Source: Octopus vulgaris
Taxonomy: Eukaryota
NCBI GenBank assembly: GCA_951406725.2
Contig: OX597815.1
Coordinates: 170,500,001-170,564,000, forward strand
Length of the DNA stretch: 64,000 bases
Direction: 5' to 3'
Of this stretch, positions 39,534-52,460 are shown one piece after another. How positions within the stretch are numbered: position 1 is the first letter of the stretch; each line of letters starts with the position of its first letter. Under the pieces are notes generated by a model. The model searched no databases. It was not told the origin of the DNA and saw nothing but the letters and a program-made list of their open reading frames with translations. The position numbers were made by a program, and so were the translations under genes.

Positions 39534-40896
39534 ATATATGTATATTCTATGCTGAATTTATTATTTGGCCGACATTATTGAGCTGAACTTAATATTTTAC
39601 GAGACAGATACTTTTCCTAAACATCGATTGTAACAATTCTATATCATACCCATGTTAACCTTAGAATGCCCCTTAGCAAAGTGTTTATTCCACATTCTCA
39701 ACAATTTTGCATTCTAATGCATTTTATAGAAATCAAAATCCATGATTTTATTCTCGCTTTTAGTCTCAAAGGAACTTTTCACGTCAGCATTTTGACAGAA
39801 TGATATTCCAAAGAATTTATTGGAAATTATGGATTTCTATTAGTTATGTATCGTAATTATATTTTTCACAAATCGATGATCATCAAAAAATAGGTTAAAA
39901 ACAGTAAGCAGAAAGTTTTTAATTAGTTAAGTGAATAATCAATTAATAAAGAATTCCATCTCGCTCACAGCACCAAATTGAATAAATACGCATATGTATT
40001 TATACTGAGACTGACACAAAATTATAGACATAAGCTCGCGCATACACACTTATTATGTTTCTTTCTCTCTCTTTCTCTCTCTCTCTCTATCTCACACACA
40101 CAAACGCACGCATGCACATATACACTTATTCTCTTTCTTTCTCTCTCTCTATCTCTTTCTCTCTCACACACACATAGCACACACACAAACACACACACAC
40201 AAACACGCACACACACACACAAACATGCTCACACATACAATAGTCGTTGGTGCACTCACAGTTTTTATTCAACTTGCAATTAAAAAGAAAAGAACTTAAA
40301 TTCTGTTGAAGTAACACTATGATGTCGTTTACACTTCGTGACCTCCGTGCTACTGAGTTGCGTGAGGATATCTTAGTAAAATCAACATTCTTACATATTC
40401 TCCAGTTCGAATATTTTCCAGTATGAACACATCCAGATTTCAGAAAAACAATTGTGCACCGGTGAAATACCTTTACTTTACTGCATATGCATTCAATTAT
40501 TTCCATTTAGTTAGTCTACAATAAAATATATTATATCACGGTCTATTTAATAATAAATTCTTGTATATTGTATCCATCCATCCATCTATCCATCGGAAAC
40601 AGCAGAAATACAAGCATTGCAATGCGTTAGGTTTGCACATCAGAAAGCTTCACAAAGCGACTCGAGTGCCTAAATTTATCATTTAAGCCTAACATTCAGA
40701 ATACCAGCTAAACTATTTGAAGAAGTAAATATTTCACAATTATAAAGAAAATACAAATATATTTTGGGAGTGCTTGTATAAATGTATTGCATACACACAT
40801 GCGCGCGCGCGTGCGTACGTGTGTGTCTGTGTATGAATTTATCTATATATATGTACGTATATATTTATGTATATACACACACACAAACACATATAC

Positions 40897-40982
<86 letters not shown>

Positions 40983-40992
40983 ACACAAAAGC

Positions 40993-41270
40993 GACACTCC
41001 TTCGGTTACGACAACGTGTGTTGATCCAATCAATGGAGGAGCCCGCTCCTGAAAGTAACGTGCAAGTGGCTGACCGCTTCACAGGCACGTATAACCTTAA
41101 CGCCGTTCTTAGAGTAATCTAGCATGTCACAGAATGTGACAAGCTGGCCCTTTCAAATGCAGGTACTACACCCTGTTAAAAGGTTAGAGGCCTGGAACAA
41201 CGTGAAATAAAGTGTTTTGTTCGAGAACGCAACGCCTCGCCTGGTATCGAATTCATGACTTTAAGATCGT
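40993..41270 (-). mobile_element. SINE family D (CORE-like), diverged
   Basis: Reverse complement homologous to 42490-42813. Confidence 0.8.
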
Positions 41271-41357
41271 CCCCTACAACTGCTTGACAGCCGGTGTTGG
41301 TGTTTACGCCCCAATATCTTAGCAGTTCAGCCAAGGAGATCCGATAGAATAAGTACG
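41271..41357 (+). mobile_element. SINE family A internal fragment
   Basis: CTTGACAGCCGGTGTTGGTGTTTACG...CCGATAGAATAAGTAC. Confidence 0.75.
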
Positions 41358-41364
41358 TCAATAT

Positions 41365-41676
41365 ATCACCGTGATCACCATGACCGCCCAGGCTATCTGA
41401 TGTTGCTACATGTCGCTGGTCACATTGCGCTTCACATTGTTTTAGCCTTCAAATGACGCCACCCCGCTGACTAATCGAGCGGGCCAACAGAAGAAAGAGT
41501 GAGAGAAAGTTGTGGTGAAAGAGTACAGCAGGGATCGCCACCCCCACCCCCAGCCGGAGCCTCGTGGAGCTTAGGTGTTTTCGCTCAATAAACACTCTCA
41601 ACGCCCGGTCTGGGAAATGAAACTTCGATCGTACGACCGCGAGTCCACTGCCCTAAGCACTGGGCCATTGCGCCTC
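41365..41676 (-). mobile_element. SINE family C head and body with a different 3' tail
   Basis: Matches 10388-10570 (GAGGCGCAATGGCCCAGTG...CTTTCTCTCACTCTTTCTTC), then unrelated sequence. Confidence 0.88.
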
Positions 41677-41716
41677 AACTCGTCAATATATATATATATA
41701 CACACACACAAATATA

Positions 41717-42445
41717 CAGGGTGGCCACAAAGTCGCGCACCATGGGTGATATCAAGTATGCTTTATTAACAACGATGTAAGTAATCCATTACAAATTTTC
41801 AAAGTATTGGTAATGTAGCTTTAAACAAGTGTTCATACGTAATTTGAAGTTGCGATGAACCCTATCAGATAGATATGCATTGCTGTTGACTTGTTCACAC
41901 GCTTCAACAATTCAGTGAAGAAGCTGTCCTTGGTCACGAATCTTTGCACAATGCACAAAGGATTTAATGTAGCCCCAGAAGAAAAAGTCCATAGGAGTTA
42001 AATCTGCTAACCATGGTGCCCATTCAATTGTGAGCCATCTCGCCTGGGCCATCTCGCCTGAGCCATCTCGCCTGAGCCATCTCCCTGGAAAATGTTCATT
42101 CAGAAAATCACGAGCTTGTTATTCATAATGGGCCAGAGCCCTATCCTTCTGAAATCACACAGGATTTTCCCTTCAAGTGAATAGACGTGAGGCATCATTT
42201 TGTTATCAAGTATGTCCAGATACGAATCACCTGTCACAGAGCCCTCAGAATAAAATGGTCCGGTTACTTGATTGTATTAAATCCTACACCACACCATTAC
42301 CTATCCCCAACCTTGAAGATTATCTGCCTCCATCCAATGAGTATTGGTTTGTGAGTAATAACGGGAGTTGTGAAAAGAGATATAAAAAAGAGAGTAGTAC
42401 CAATTTCACATATTGCAAGATGGTGCATGGCTATGTGGCACCCTG
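41717..42445 (-). mobile_element. Internally deleted Tc1/mariner element (rosa/DD41D-like)
   Basis: TA-flanked TIRs CAGGGTGGCCACAAAG / CTATGTGGCACCCTG; IEWAPWLADLTPMDFFFWGYIK (compare WPPRSPDLTPLDFFLWG); 14-bp unit x4 at 42033-42087. Confidence 0.88.
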
Positions 42446-42489
42446 TATATATACCAACGTACTACTTATAACGTACTACTTATAACGTG

Positions 42490-42813
42490 TGAAGGCGCGT
42501 GGCTTAGGGCTTAGGGCATTCGGCTCATGATAGTAAGGTCGTGAGTTCAATTCCCGGCGGCGCGTTGTATCCTTGAGCAAGACACTTTATTTCACGTTGC
42601 TCCAGTCCACTCAGCTGGCAAAAATAAGTAGTACCTGTATTTCAAAGGGCAAGCCTTGTCACACACTGTGTCACGCTGAATCCCCCCGAGAACTACGTTA
42701 AGGGTACATGTGTCTATGGAATGCTCAGCCACTTAGGCGTTAATTTCACGAGCAAGCTGTTCCATTGATCGTATCAGCTGGGACCCTCGTCGTCGCAACG
42801 GACGGTGTGATCC
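42490..42813 (+). mobile_element. SINE family D (tRNA head plus CORE-like), full length
   Basis: B-box GAGTTCAATTC, CORE-like TCCTTGAGCAAGACACTTT..CCACTCAGCTG; TSD TTATAACGT at 42480-42488 and 42817-42825. Confidence 0.9.
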
Positions 42814-43324
42814 TAGTTATAACGTACGATAAATCGGTATATCCAGTTGTGTTACAAAAGTAAACTTAACGGGCATTTCAGTAACGTGTTCGTAAAAGAT
42901 TAATGGGTGAGATGTGCTCTGATGAAAGTGTAATAACGCTTGAAATAAGCATATACACCCATTACATCTTTTTCTATCTTAGATAGCATTGTTTACATTG
43001 GCGTATTCGTATGCGAAACGTCTAACTGGCGGTGCTGGCTCTGAATTCTATAGAAAATGTATATTAATAAACTTCAAATGAGAACATAAATATAAGTTCA
43101 GTCCAGTAATGTAACGGTCGAATGTTTTAATTCGCAAAAGAGTATCTAGATATATAAGTGAAATTATAACACACACACACACACACACACACACAGATAC
43201 ACACATATGCACACACACACACACACACACATATATAATGTATAAAAATATTTCGCTTGTAACATAAGATAATTCATACAACAATTTTGTTTGAAAGAAA
43301 AAAGGAAACAACAAAAAGACATGG

Positions 43325-43383
<59 letters not shown>

Positions 43384-43811
43384 GCTGTTATTATTATAAT
43401 TGTCGTTATCATTATCATTATTTTTAAATACCAACAACGATAATTGTTGAAAACCTTATTGTCAACGCCAAAGGAAATGAGACATCCATAATCAACAATA
43501 CCATTTTCCAATTCAATACACAAAATATATTCGTTCAATTGAAGTAATCTAATTCATTATTGAATCAAAACGAGTAAAAGACACTTAAAATTTCTCATCG
43601 AAATAATATTTTCAATTGAAACCCTTTCAAAGAATTTAATTGTTTCCAAAATAGAGAGTTTACAATTGAAGAATAAAAATGATAAAAATAACATTCCTAA
43701 ATATAGGGTACAATATAAAGATTGAGATTGTACAGTATAAAAAGTGCAGTTTATATAGGATATTCGAAAATCATGTATGTATAAATAAATAAATAAATAT
43801 ATATATATATA

Positions 43812-43842
<31 letters not shown>

Positions 43843-44124
43843 GCATGTACAAATACTTGCACGCACACATACACACACACCGGCATATATATACTCGCGC
43901 ACACACACACACATATATATATATATATGTATATATGAATATGTATATATGAATATGTATATATATACGTATATATACACATATATATTATACATACATG
44001 CGTGCATACATACCTACATATATATATACATATATACATATATACACATACCTACATATATATACATACATACACATATATATATATACATACATATATA
44101 TACATATATAAATATATATATATA

Positions 44125-44350
44125 CATTTCAAAATGTAAATACATGTCGTTCGTTGGCGATTTTTTCTTCTGTCTTCTTTTTCTCTTTGACTTTCCCCTG
44201 TCTCCTGTTTCTGAAGAAGAGCTTTGCTCGAAACGTAAAACAACCTCTCTTTCGTTCACTGAGCGTCTGCTAATCCTTCCCATGTACCACGTCCTCACAT
44301 TGCTGTATTTTTCTTGTGTTCCTTCTTGTTTTTTTTGGGGATTAATTATA
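44125..44350 (+). mobile_element. HHR-bearing repeat family H2
   Basis: Homologous to 38172-38415; 3' end abuts (TA)n. Confidence 0.8.
44206..44242 (+). ncRNA. Minimal type I hammerhead ribozyme, canonical core
   Basis: TGTTT-CTGAAGA-A-GAGC TTT GCTC-GAAAC-GTA-AAACA; predicted cleavage 3' of A44237. Confidence 0.82.
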
Positions 44351-44395
44351 TATATATATATACATACATTATACATACATACATACACACACATC

Positions 44396-44763
<368 letters not shown>

Positions 44764-44767
44764 TGCT

Positions 44768-44799
<32 letters not shown>

Positions 44800-44954
44800 A
44801 GTGCATGCTTATAAGTGTATGTATATGTACACGTTGTCACCTAGATTCCGATTTGCAAATTTTGCAGAAATTGACAAATTCGTGCAATGTACTTGTATAC
44901 ATTGTGTGTGTCACTTGAAAATTCTGCTACTGAAATCTTCAAAGCGTTTTGCAA

Positions 44955-45022
44955 GTGAAGAGCTATTTTTGGTGAAGAGCTATTTTTGGTGAAGAGCTAT
45001 TTTTGGTGAAGAGCTATTTTTG
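44955..45022. repeat. 17-bp tandem repeat x4
   Basis: GTGAAGAGCTATTTTTG repeated four times with no spacers. Confidence 0.95.
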
Positions 45023-46537
45023 TGATACGTGCAATTAAAGCATGTTGGTTCGAATTTTAGTTACAACAATATCAAACGCCAGTAACAGAGAAAAAAACCT
45101 CACACCTTTATCAATGGTTTATGCCCTTACATTCTTATGAAATCCTTGAAGTTACATAGTATTGCTCCAAAATTTGCCCCCGTCTCTTAATATATGATAA
45201 ATTCAGTGCCCACGTTTCCCAAAATATCACTCAGTCTGGGAATATCCACTAGTAAAATACGAAATCGGATACGGTGTTGGATACCCTTCAGGAAGAAAAC
45301 TCAATTTGTATAAAGCGTGTGGCGGAGGATAAGCGAAGAGTTCACGGTAAAAGAATTGTTCGGTGCAGGCAAAGAGTCTTTTGAAATTAGTCAGAGCAAA
45401 TCTTTGAAGTAAAACTTGTTGGGTGTGGAAGTCACGCTGAGATCTTTACGTACGTTTCAAAAGAGATTATGTCACGCGTGTGGTGAGGTTCTCAAATATG
45501 AATAAAATATGTGAAATAGATTACTAAAATGGCATATCGTTGTTCTTCCTTTAGATATAGTTTCGGTCATTTCTGATATCATATAATATATGTATGTGGT
45601 ATCGAACGATTGCATCATTAATTTTTAAATACAGCAGATAAAAATATCAGCATAATGTCCCTTAAATTACGCACTTTAGAATCTTAAAGAAAAAACAAGG
45701 CACATTCGAAAATGCTGTCCCTCATAGAAAACGATTGAATGATAATAGTTGTAATTACTTGTAACATAAATCTACATGATCACACCGATGCTGAGATTAA
45801 GTTCCAGCAAGAACGAAGTCAACGTTTACATCGTAAGCAGGACGGGACATTCGGATGGTCTGTCGAATGAAATCTCTGTCTAATCGCATGGTCATGAAAA
45901 GGAAGGAAATCTTTCTGAGCGTTGTACTAAAAACATCCTTTTGTCAAAGGTTGTTTTTAGTCCAATTGTAGTTGGGATTAAACAAATGTAGTATATTGAA
46001 TACACTTATAAAATAAATTATTTTCTGCCTGACCTCTTTTCTGCATTGTAATGGAAAACCGGAGGAAGGATAGAAGACAGAAAACAATTTTAACATAAGC
46101 TACTTACGCTAAACGAACTGATTTAAAATAGAAAGGTATAAATTAAATGATGAGAATACAGATGAGAACGAAAGAGAATATGGTCTATTGTAATGGTTGC
46201 ATAAAATCCAATATTAAATGACTACATGTAGAGAGATGAAAAGAAAGGAATTGTAAAGAGAAGAATATGGAAAATTAAAGGAGGAAAAGAAACAATTCCA
46301 TGAATAGAAAGGAAAGTAACGGAAGAATAAGATACATACACGTACACACCTACGCGCGCGGGCGCACGCAAACACACACACAAGTACGCACTCACAAAAT
46401 TATGCCGTAATTAATCACCATAGTGAAGGTCCATTGCAAATGCCTTATCTTTAAGATCGCCTGCATGAGTTAGTACACATACATACATACATACATTCAT
46501 ACATACATGTGTATCGCTTTCCTCTCTCTCTCTCTCT

Positions 46538-46587
<50 letters not shown>

Positions 46588-46606
46588 TATATATATATAT
46601 ATATAT

Positions 46607-46666
<60 letters not shown>

Positions 46667-47077
46667 TTTGGTAGATATAGTAGAAATTGTCTCTACAAAA
46701 CAAATGTATGTACGAGTGCTACTGTTACGTTTAAAGCAACAAATATACTATCATATTCTCCAATACTGAGTATTAGAATTTATGAACTACCGAGAAATAA
46801 GGAGAAAAAAAACAGGTGTATAATACATTTTCAACGATCGTTTCAAAATTATGTTTGTTTGGAGCACTGCATTACGTGTCCCAAGAACATTTAGAGGCTC
46901 GACCTCAAAGGGGCATTAAGGAACACTTTATTGCGTTAAGTCTTTCCTGGTGGTCTGTTGTGAATGAGATTCTAAACGAACCTAGAACACTTATTATGAC
47001 AGGACTTCAAACAATCATGGTGAAATGCGCATAGGAGCTATAATATAAATACGTGTTTCTCTTTATTCCTCTCTTTA

Positions 47078-47108
<31 letters not shown>

Positions 47109-47202
47109 ATTTATGACTATATATACACATACACCTAATACATACATACATACATACATACATACATACATACATACATACCTACATACAGATAAACATA
47201 CA

Positions 47203-47246
<44 letters not shown>

Positions 47247-48549
47247 TGATTAGTGAATAAATAAATGAAGAATATTCCTTTTATTGGGAAGTTGTTGATG
47301 ATTAAATATTTTGTCGTTACTAAGACAAGATTCTTCTTTTTGTCACCTGATCGACTGCATGTATATATTATTTACGGTTTATTACCTTGTAGACTGTGAT
47401 AGAACTAAACAGTGTTTGAGTTCACATCTCTTTCGTGCAGTTTCAGTTTATAAAGACTGTGATATATAAGTGTAAAAGACACGTATTTGATAATTAAATT
47501 TAGTAAAACGTATTTCGGATAAGAGAAAAGGAAAATATAATAAAATAACTGACCACTGTTGCAAACGTGTTTGACAGTTTTACTCTTGAGTATTAAACAG
47601 AGCCAGTGGCGCATGTTTCTTAATGAGGAAGAACAATGCAGAGAAAGAAGTATATTACTGTAGCATTTTATCTCAATGTTGTTTTATTCTTTTAAATCTG
47701 CTGTTTCTTCGTTTCAAGAGGATTGCATAGCAAATATCTGTTATTACAAATGAGGACATCAGTCTCGATACATATTAAATGGAGAATCAATATCAATGCT
47801 GCTAGTTTCATCCTGCATATCTTATCTAGCTTCTGCTGTATGTCTTTCTTCTCAAACACTTCGTTCTACATCTTAGCACGGCCATATATTGTAAAAATTC
47901 TCATGAGACAGTATGACGTAAATAATAATACAATGTAGATATAAACGTAGGTATGTGCATGCAAATAAACAAAAACATCGACACAAATCATACGTCATGA
48001 TAGAGACACACACAGTTTCAAAAGCATATAATAAGATTTGGGTCACAATTTGCACACATCTACTCTCATCCAGATTTATTCAATCACTTAGGTATATATA
48101 CAGATACAAAAATAGACAAATGCACGAAGAGGACAAGTCGTAAAACGATATTGATAATAAGATTCGATGCGCTACTCTAGATGCGCGCAAGCTACTGGCA
48201 AATAGACCCTAGAAGAATTGAACCATGTCCAATAGGAAAAATTTATGGTGATTCAAGAATTAATAGTGAAAGCAAAACAACCCTGCCACCTTATAAAATA
48301 AATAGAACAAAACAAATAAATTATTAGGTTTTAGCTAACACAATGACTCACCTTGCCTAACTAATGAGTAGCTACGTTATAATTTTATACACAAATTGTG
48401 CGTAGATGTCTTAGTGTATATATATATAATAAACACGATCACGTGGATGGTCAGTTTCTCTGATCATCTGACAACTAATATTATCAGCAGCTTAATTTTA
48501 CTATCACTCATATTCTGCACACACAAACGCTGTAAGATGCCCAAATTAT

Positions 48550-48624
<75 letters not shown>

Positions 48625-48957
48625 CTTGTTTGTATTCGTAATTATGTACCATGTTCTCCATTCTTTTTGTTTTGGTTTGTTTGTTTTTTTTTTGTCTTTG
48701 TTGCCGTACACATTCTATAGCTTTTTACAAAGGGGTCAAATGCACTTAGCTTAGACATTTTGGGGGAAAACCGGATCGAAACATCTCAAGTGTAACTGTC
48801 GGATAGAGTCATGACTTCCGGTACTTGACTGGAGAGTGAAATCCAAGAATGAGCCGTCATTTTTGCCTGTCCTTCTAACTGATGTTTCTCTTGTCTGCCT
48901 TTGTGTCGTCTATCTGTCTGAACGTTTTAATGCCCTCTAGAACGTTATCGTTCCATT

Positions 48958-48994
<37 letters not shown>

Positions 48995-48996
<2 letters not shown>

Positions 48997-49133
48997 AACG
49001 GGAAGCTTTATGAAAATAGACAAAAGACGAAGGCAGGTGGAAAACAAACAAACAATTGTATTAGTATGGCGCTCAGGAAATATAAATAAAACAAGTCTTT
49101 AACGTTTCGAGCCTACGCCCTTCAACAGAAAGA
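48995..49133 (-). mobile_element. HHR-bearing repeat family H1
   Basis: Minus strand TCTTT-CTGTTGA-A-GGGC GTAG GCTC-GAAAC-GTT-AAAGA at 49096-49133; 3' end abuts (TA)n. Confidence 0.78.
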
Positions 49134-49190
49134 TATGTATGTATGTATGTATATATATACACACACACATACACACGTAAACACACACAA

Positions 49191-49222
<32 letters not shown>

Positions 49223-49223
49223 A

Positions 49224-49262
<39 letters not shown>

Positions 49263-49502
49263 TATATTCTGTTAAGAAGATATTAGAGTACAGTATAAAG
49301 ATCGTCCACCTTCAGATTTCACCCAGTGCTATCCAGTAGTAGTATTATACGTACTTCCAGCTTTGCGTTTGGGCATATGTTGTGTGTGAATAGATAATTG
49401 AAAAAGTGGAGAAATAAGTTGTGTAGAAACATTTGTAGTGATTGAAAAATAAATGTCCAACCGTACCCGTTCTTGTTGACTTCATATATTTTGAATGATA
49501 TC

Positions 49503-49617
<115 letters not shown>

Positions 49618-49654
49618 AGTAGTGGTAGAAATAGAATATTTTATATAATATATA

Positions 49655-49707
<53 letters not shown>

Positions 49708-49863
49708 TTATATATTTATATACATGCATGTGTGGAAGTGTGGAAGTGTGTATGTGTGTGTCTGTTTGTGTGTGTGTGTGTGTGTTTGTATGAATAGATT
49801 TTCCCCCATGTGGTGAGAAAATGTAACAAAAGAAGGAACAGGGACACAGTTCATGTATGTTTA

Positions 49864-50110
49864 ATATATTTTAAGAGACCGAATATTTATATAGCCCAAC
49901 AGCTTCGCTTTTTGCTAGACATGCCCGGGAAATCGGTGTAAATATTGCTAGTAAGCAATATTTATTTTGCATGAGAGTTTATACAACCAGCATGGACTAA
50001 AGATTCTTCAAGGTACTACGTAACTGTAGTATTTTCACCAATTTCCCAGTCATGAATAGCAAAAGGCGAAGCCGTTAGTCTATGTAAATATTCCATCTTA
50101 TAAAATCTAT
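49864..50110. mobile_element. Fold-back/MITE element with about 85-bp imperfect TIRs
   Basis: GAATATTTATATAGCCCAACAGCTTCGCTTTTTGCTA mirrored by TAGCAAAAGGCGAAGCCGTTAGTCTATGTAAATATTC. Confidence 0.85.
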
Positions 50111-50579
50111 GAAAAATATATCAATTTTGTGCATTTTCTGCTTTTGTTATATAACTTGCTATATATATAGGCAACTGTTAGGATGTTATTGGGATCGTAA
50201 AAATGTACACAGTTCATTGAGAGATTAATTTAAATTTGTGAATAAAGGATTTATACGTGAGCTACTTAAAGTTTCATGATCAGATGTTGCACTAATCGGA
50301 CATGCTTGTATAGTTTGTTATTCACGATCCCGCGATTGCTCAGACTCAAATAACCTGATGAAATACTAAAACAGAAAATGACAGAAAATGCAAGAAAACA
50401 AAACGATAAAACTCTTTAAGAAACCTTCCAAGGGGATTGGGATGATTCTGCTTATGGAATCTAGCATATATCTCGTTATCCCTTAAATGAAGAGCATGAT
50501 TAATTTTGAAGTGCTAATGAATTTTAATTAGCTGTTTTCATTTAAATCATTACGCCTTGTGGAATATCCGAATGAGAGA

Positions 50580-51215
50580 AAAGTTGAATTTCTTTAAACT
50601 GTGTATCAAATCTAGTGACAGTGACACCTTCCCGTTCAACAGGAGAAGCTTGTCAAAATGCATTCATCTTGTAAATATCTGAAATTTCGAGTTAAGTAGG
50701 TCAGTGCAGGTTTTGAAGATATTAAAAATGTGTGTTCTTTCGGGTATACAGAGCTTCAACTTCTTTGAAGTATGCCCTAGATATCTCTAACATATTCCAC
50801 TTAATGCTGTGTGTTATACCACTGTACTTCAGGTTACAAATATGGCTTGCTAGATTTGGATTTTTCCTTTAGTCTATGTGATTGAAGAAGACTACCAGTC
50901 CTATCACGTTTTACAGTTTGTACCACCCCTTCTCTTTATTGTCTCTCTGCTGCGGTCATGGACTGATAGGTCTACGTCACTGTTTATTTGGAAACTACGT
51001 GTGCTTGTTAGAATTTTTCGGGTTTTCACATCAATGGCTCGGATCTCATCAAGCGTCCAATCAAGCAACCCAAATGTTGGTATGAGTACTAGCACTGCAA
51101 ACACATTGTGAGCCACTGTTTTATGGAATGCAGAAAGTTGTGAGGTCCAAATTTCCTTTACTCAGCTGTAATATTCTATAGCGACATGTGTTTTGTTAAA
51201 GGTACCATTGTAAGA
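50580..51215 (-). mobile_element. R4/Dong-like LINE fragment, same family as 23303-24956
   Basis: SYNG..NK...EYY..VKEIW.S.L.AF.KTVAHNVFAV...PTFGLLDWT..EIRAIDVKTRKILT; 5' junction abuts (CATA)n. Confidence 0.85.
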
Positions 51216-51261
51216 TGTATCTATGTATGTACATATGCATGTATGTATGTATGTAAGTATG

Positions 51262-51323
<62 letters not shown>

Positions 51324-52029
51324 TGTATGTATGTATGTATGTATGCATGTATGTATGCATGTATGTATATATGTATGCATGTATGTATGTATATATGTAT
51401 GTATGTATAAAACACACAAAGATTGTCAAGCTCATTGGTATTGCAACAGAGTTAATATCATGTGAGCCTTAGATTGCTCAAGTATATAAAGTATATAAAC
51501 GTAGCATACACACATGAATACATACATACATATATACATACATACATACATACATACATACATACATGCATATATTCATACACACATACGCACTCACACA
51601 CACACATACATATATTATGTTATATTCCAACACAACACTCCAAGTGCATATGTTAATTTCGTTTAAAATGGAAAAAAAATGGCGTTTTAATTATTTCATA
51701 TTACTTATTTCATATTAAATTCATGAATTATATTATGTCTTATGTGGGCTAGGTGTTCTACTACAACTGTGTAATATTCAATGAAAATAGAATAGATTCC
51801 CATTCAGTTTAACTAAATTAATCATTAATGAAATCGGTAGGACACTAATGATTCCATCATGAATTATGTTTGAATGGTCCAACAGTGAAGAATTGCTCGT
51901 CCCTAGGCCCTTAGATTTTCTTTTGTTTCTTGTTCATTTTCACGAAAAACTGATAAAATTTCAATGTTCTATGATAAATTATGAACATTTCTGACGTCAC
52001 AAAAATTGTAATTTTTAATGATTTATTCA

Positions 52030-52180
52030 AAGGCGTATGGTTATAAAGCTGATTTCCCAACCATATGATCTTGGTCTACGTCCCACAGCACAGCACCTTG
52101 GGCATGTATTTTTTATTGCAGCCCCAGACTGACAAAACCTGTCTGAACGGATACTTCATTGAAGGAATAGACGGAAATCT
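52030..52180 (+). mobile_element. Old SINE family A 5' fragment
   Basis: GTCCCACAGCACAGCACCTTGGGCATG...TAGACGGAAA. Confidence 0.6.
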
Positions 52181-52344
52181 GACGTTATAGAAGCGTTTCA
52201 AAATTTGGAATAAAGTTGGAATCACTTGAAATCGGGTGTGTTTATTCTTAGGGAAGCAGAAGTTGTGAGACAGAATACAAGTTGCTTGTTTTGTTAATCC
52301 ATACACTTAAAAACTAACCGGTGATTTTTCTTTAATTACTTGCT

Positions 52345-52460
52345 CCTCTTCCATCTTGTATCGATAAAATGAAATACCAGTTAAGTGTTGATATCGATAT
52401 TATCGATTAACTACCTCATCTCGAATTTGAAGGTTTTTGTGTCTAAATAAGAAATCATTC
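52345..52460 (+). mobile_element. Old SINE family B 3' fragment
   Basis: TCGATAAAATGAAATACCAGTTAAG...ATCGAT. Confidence 0.55.

Noticed and set aside
44955-45022. Direct repeats that might suggest a CRISPR array
   Set aside because: Units are contiguous with no spacers, there are no cas genes, and the context is eukaryotic.
45130-45480. Possible minus-strand PLE RT remnant (GANFGAILCNF); similar weak traces at 54200-54540
   Set aside because: Too decayed to support without a profile search.
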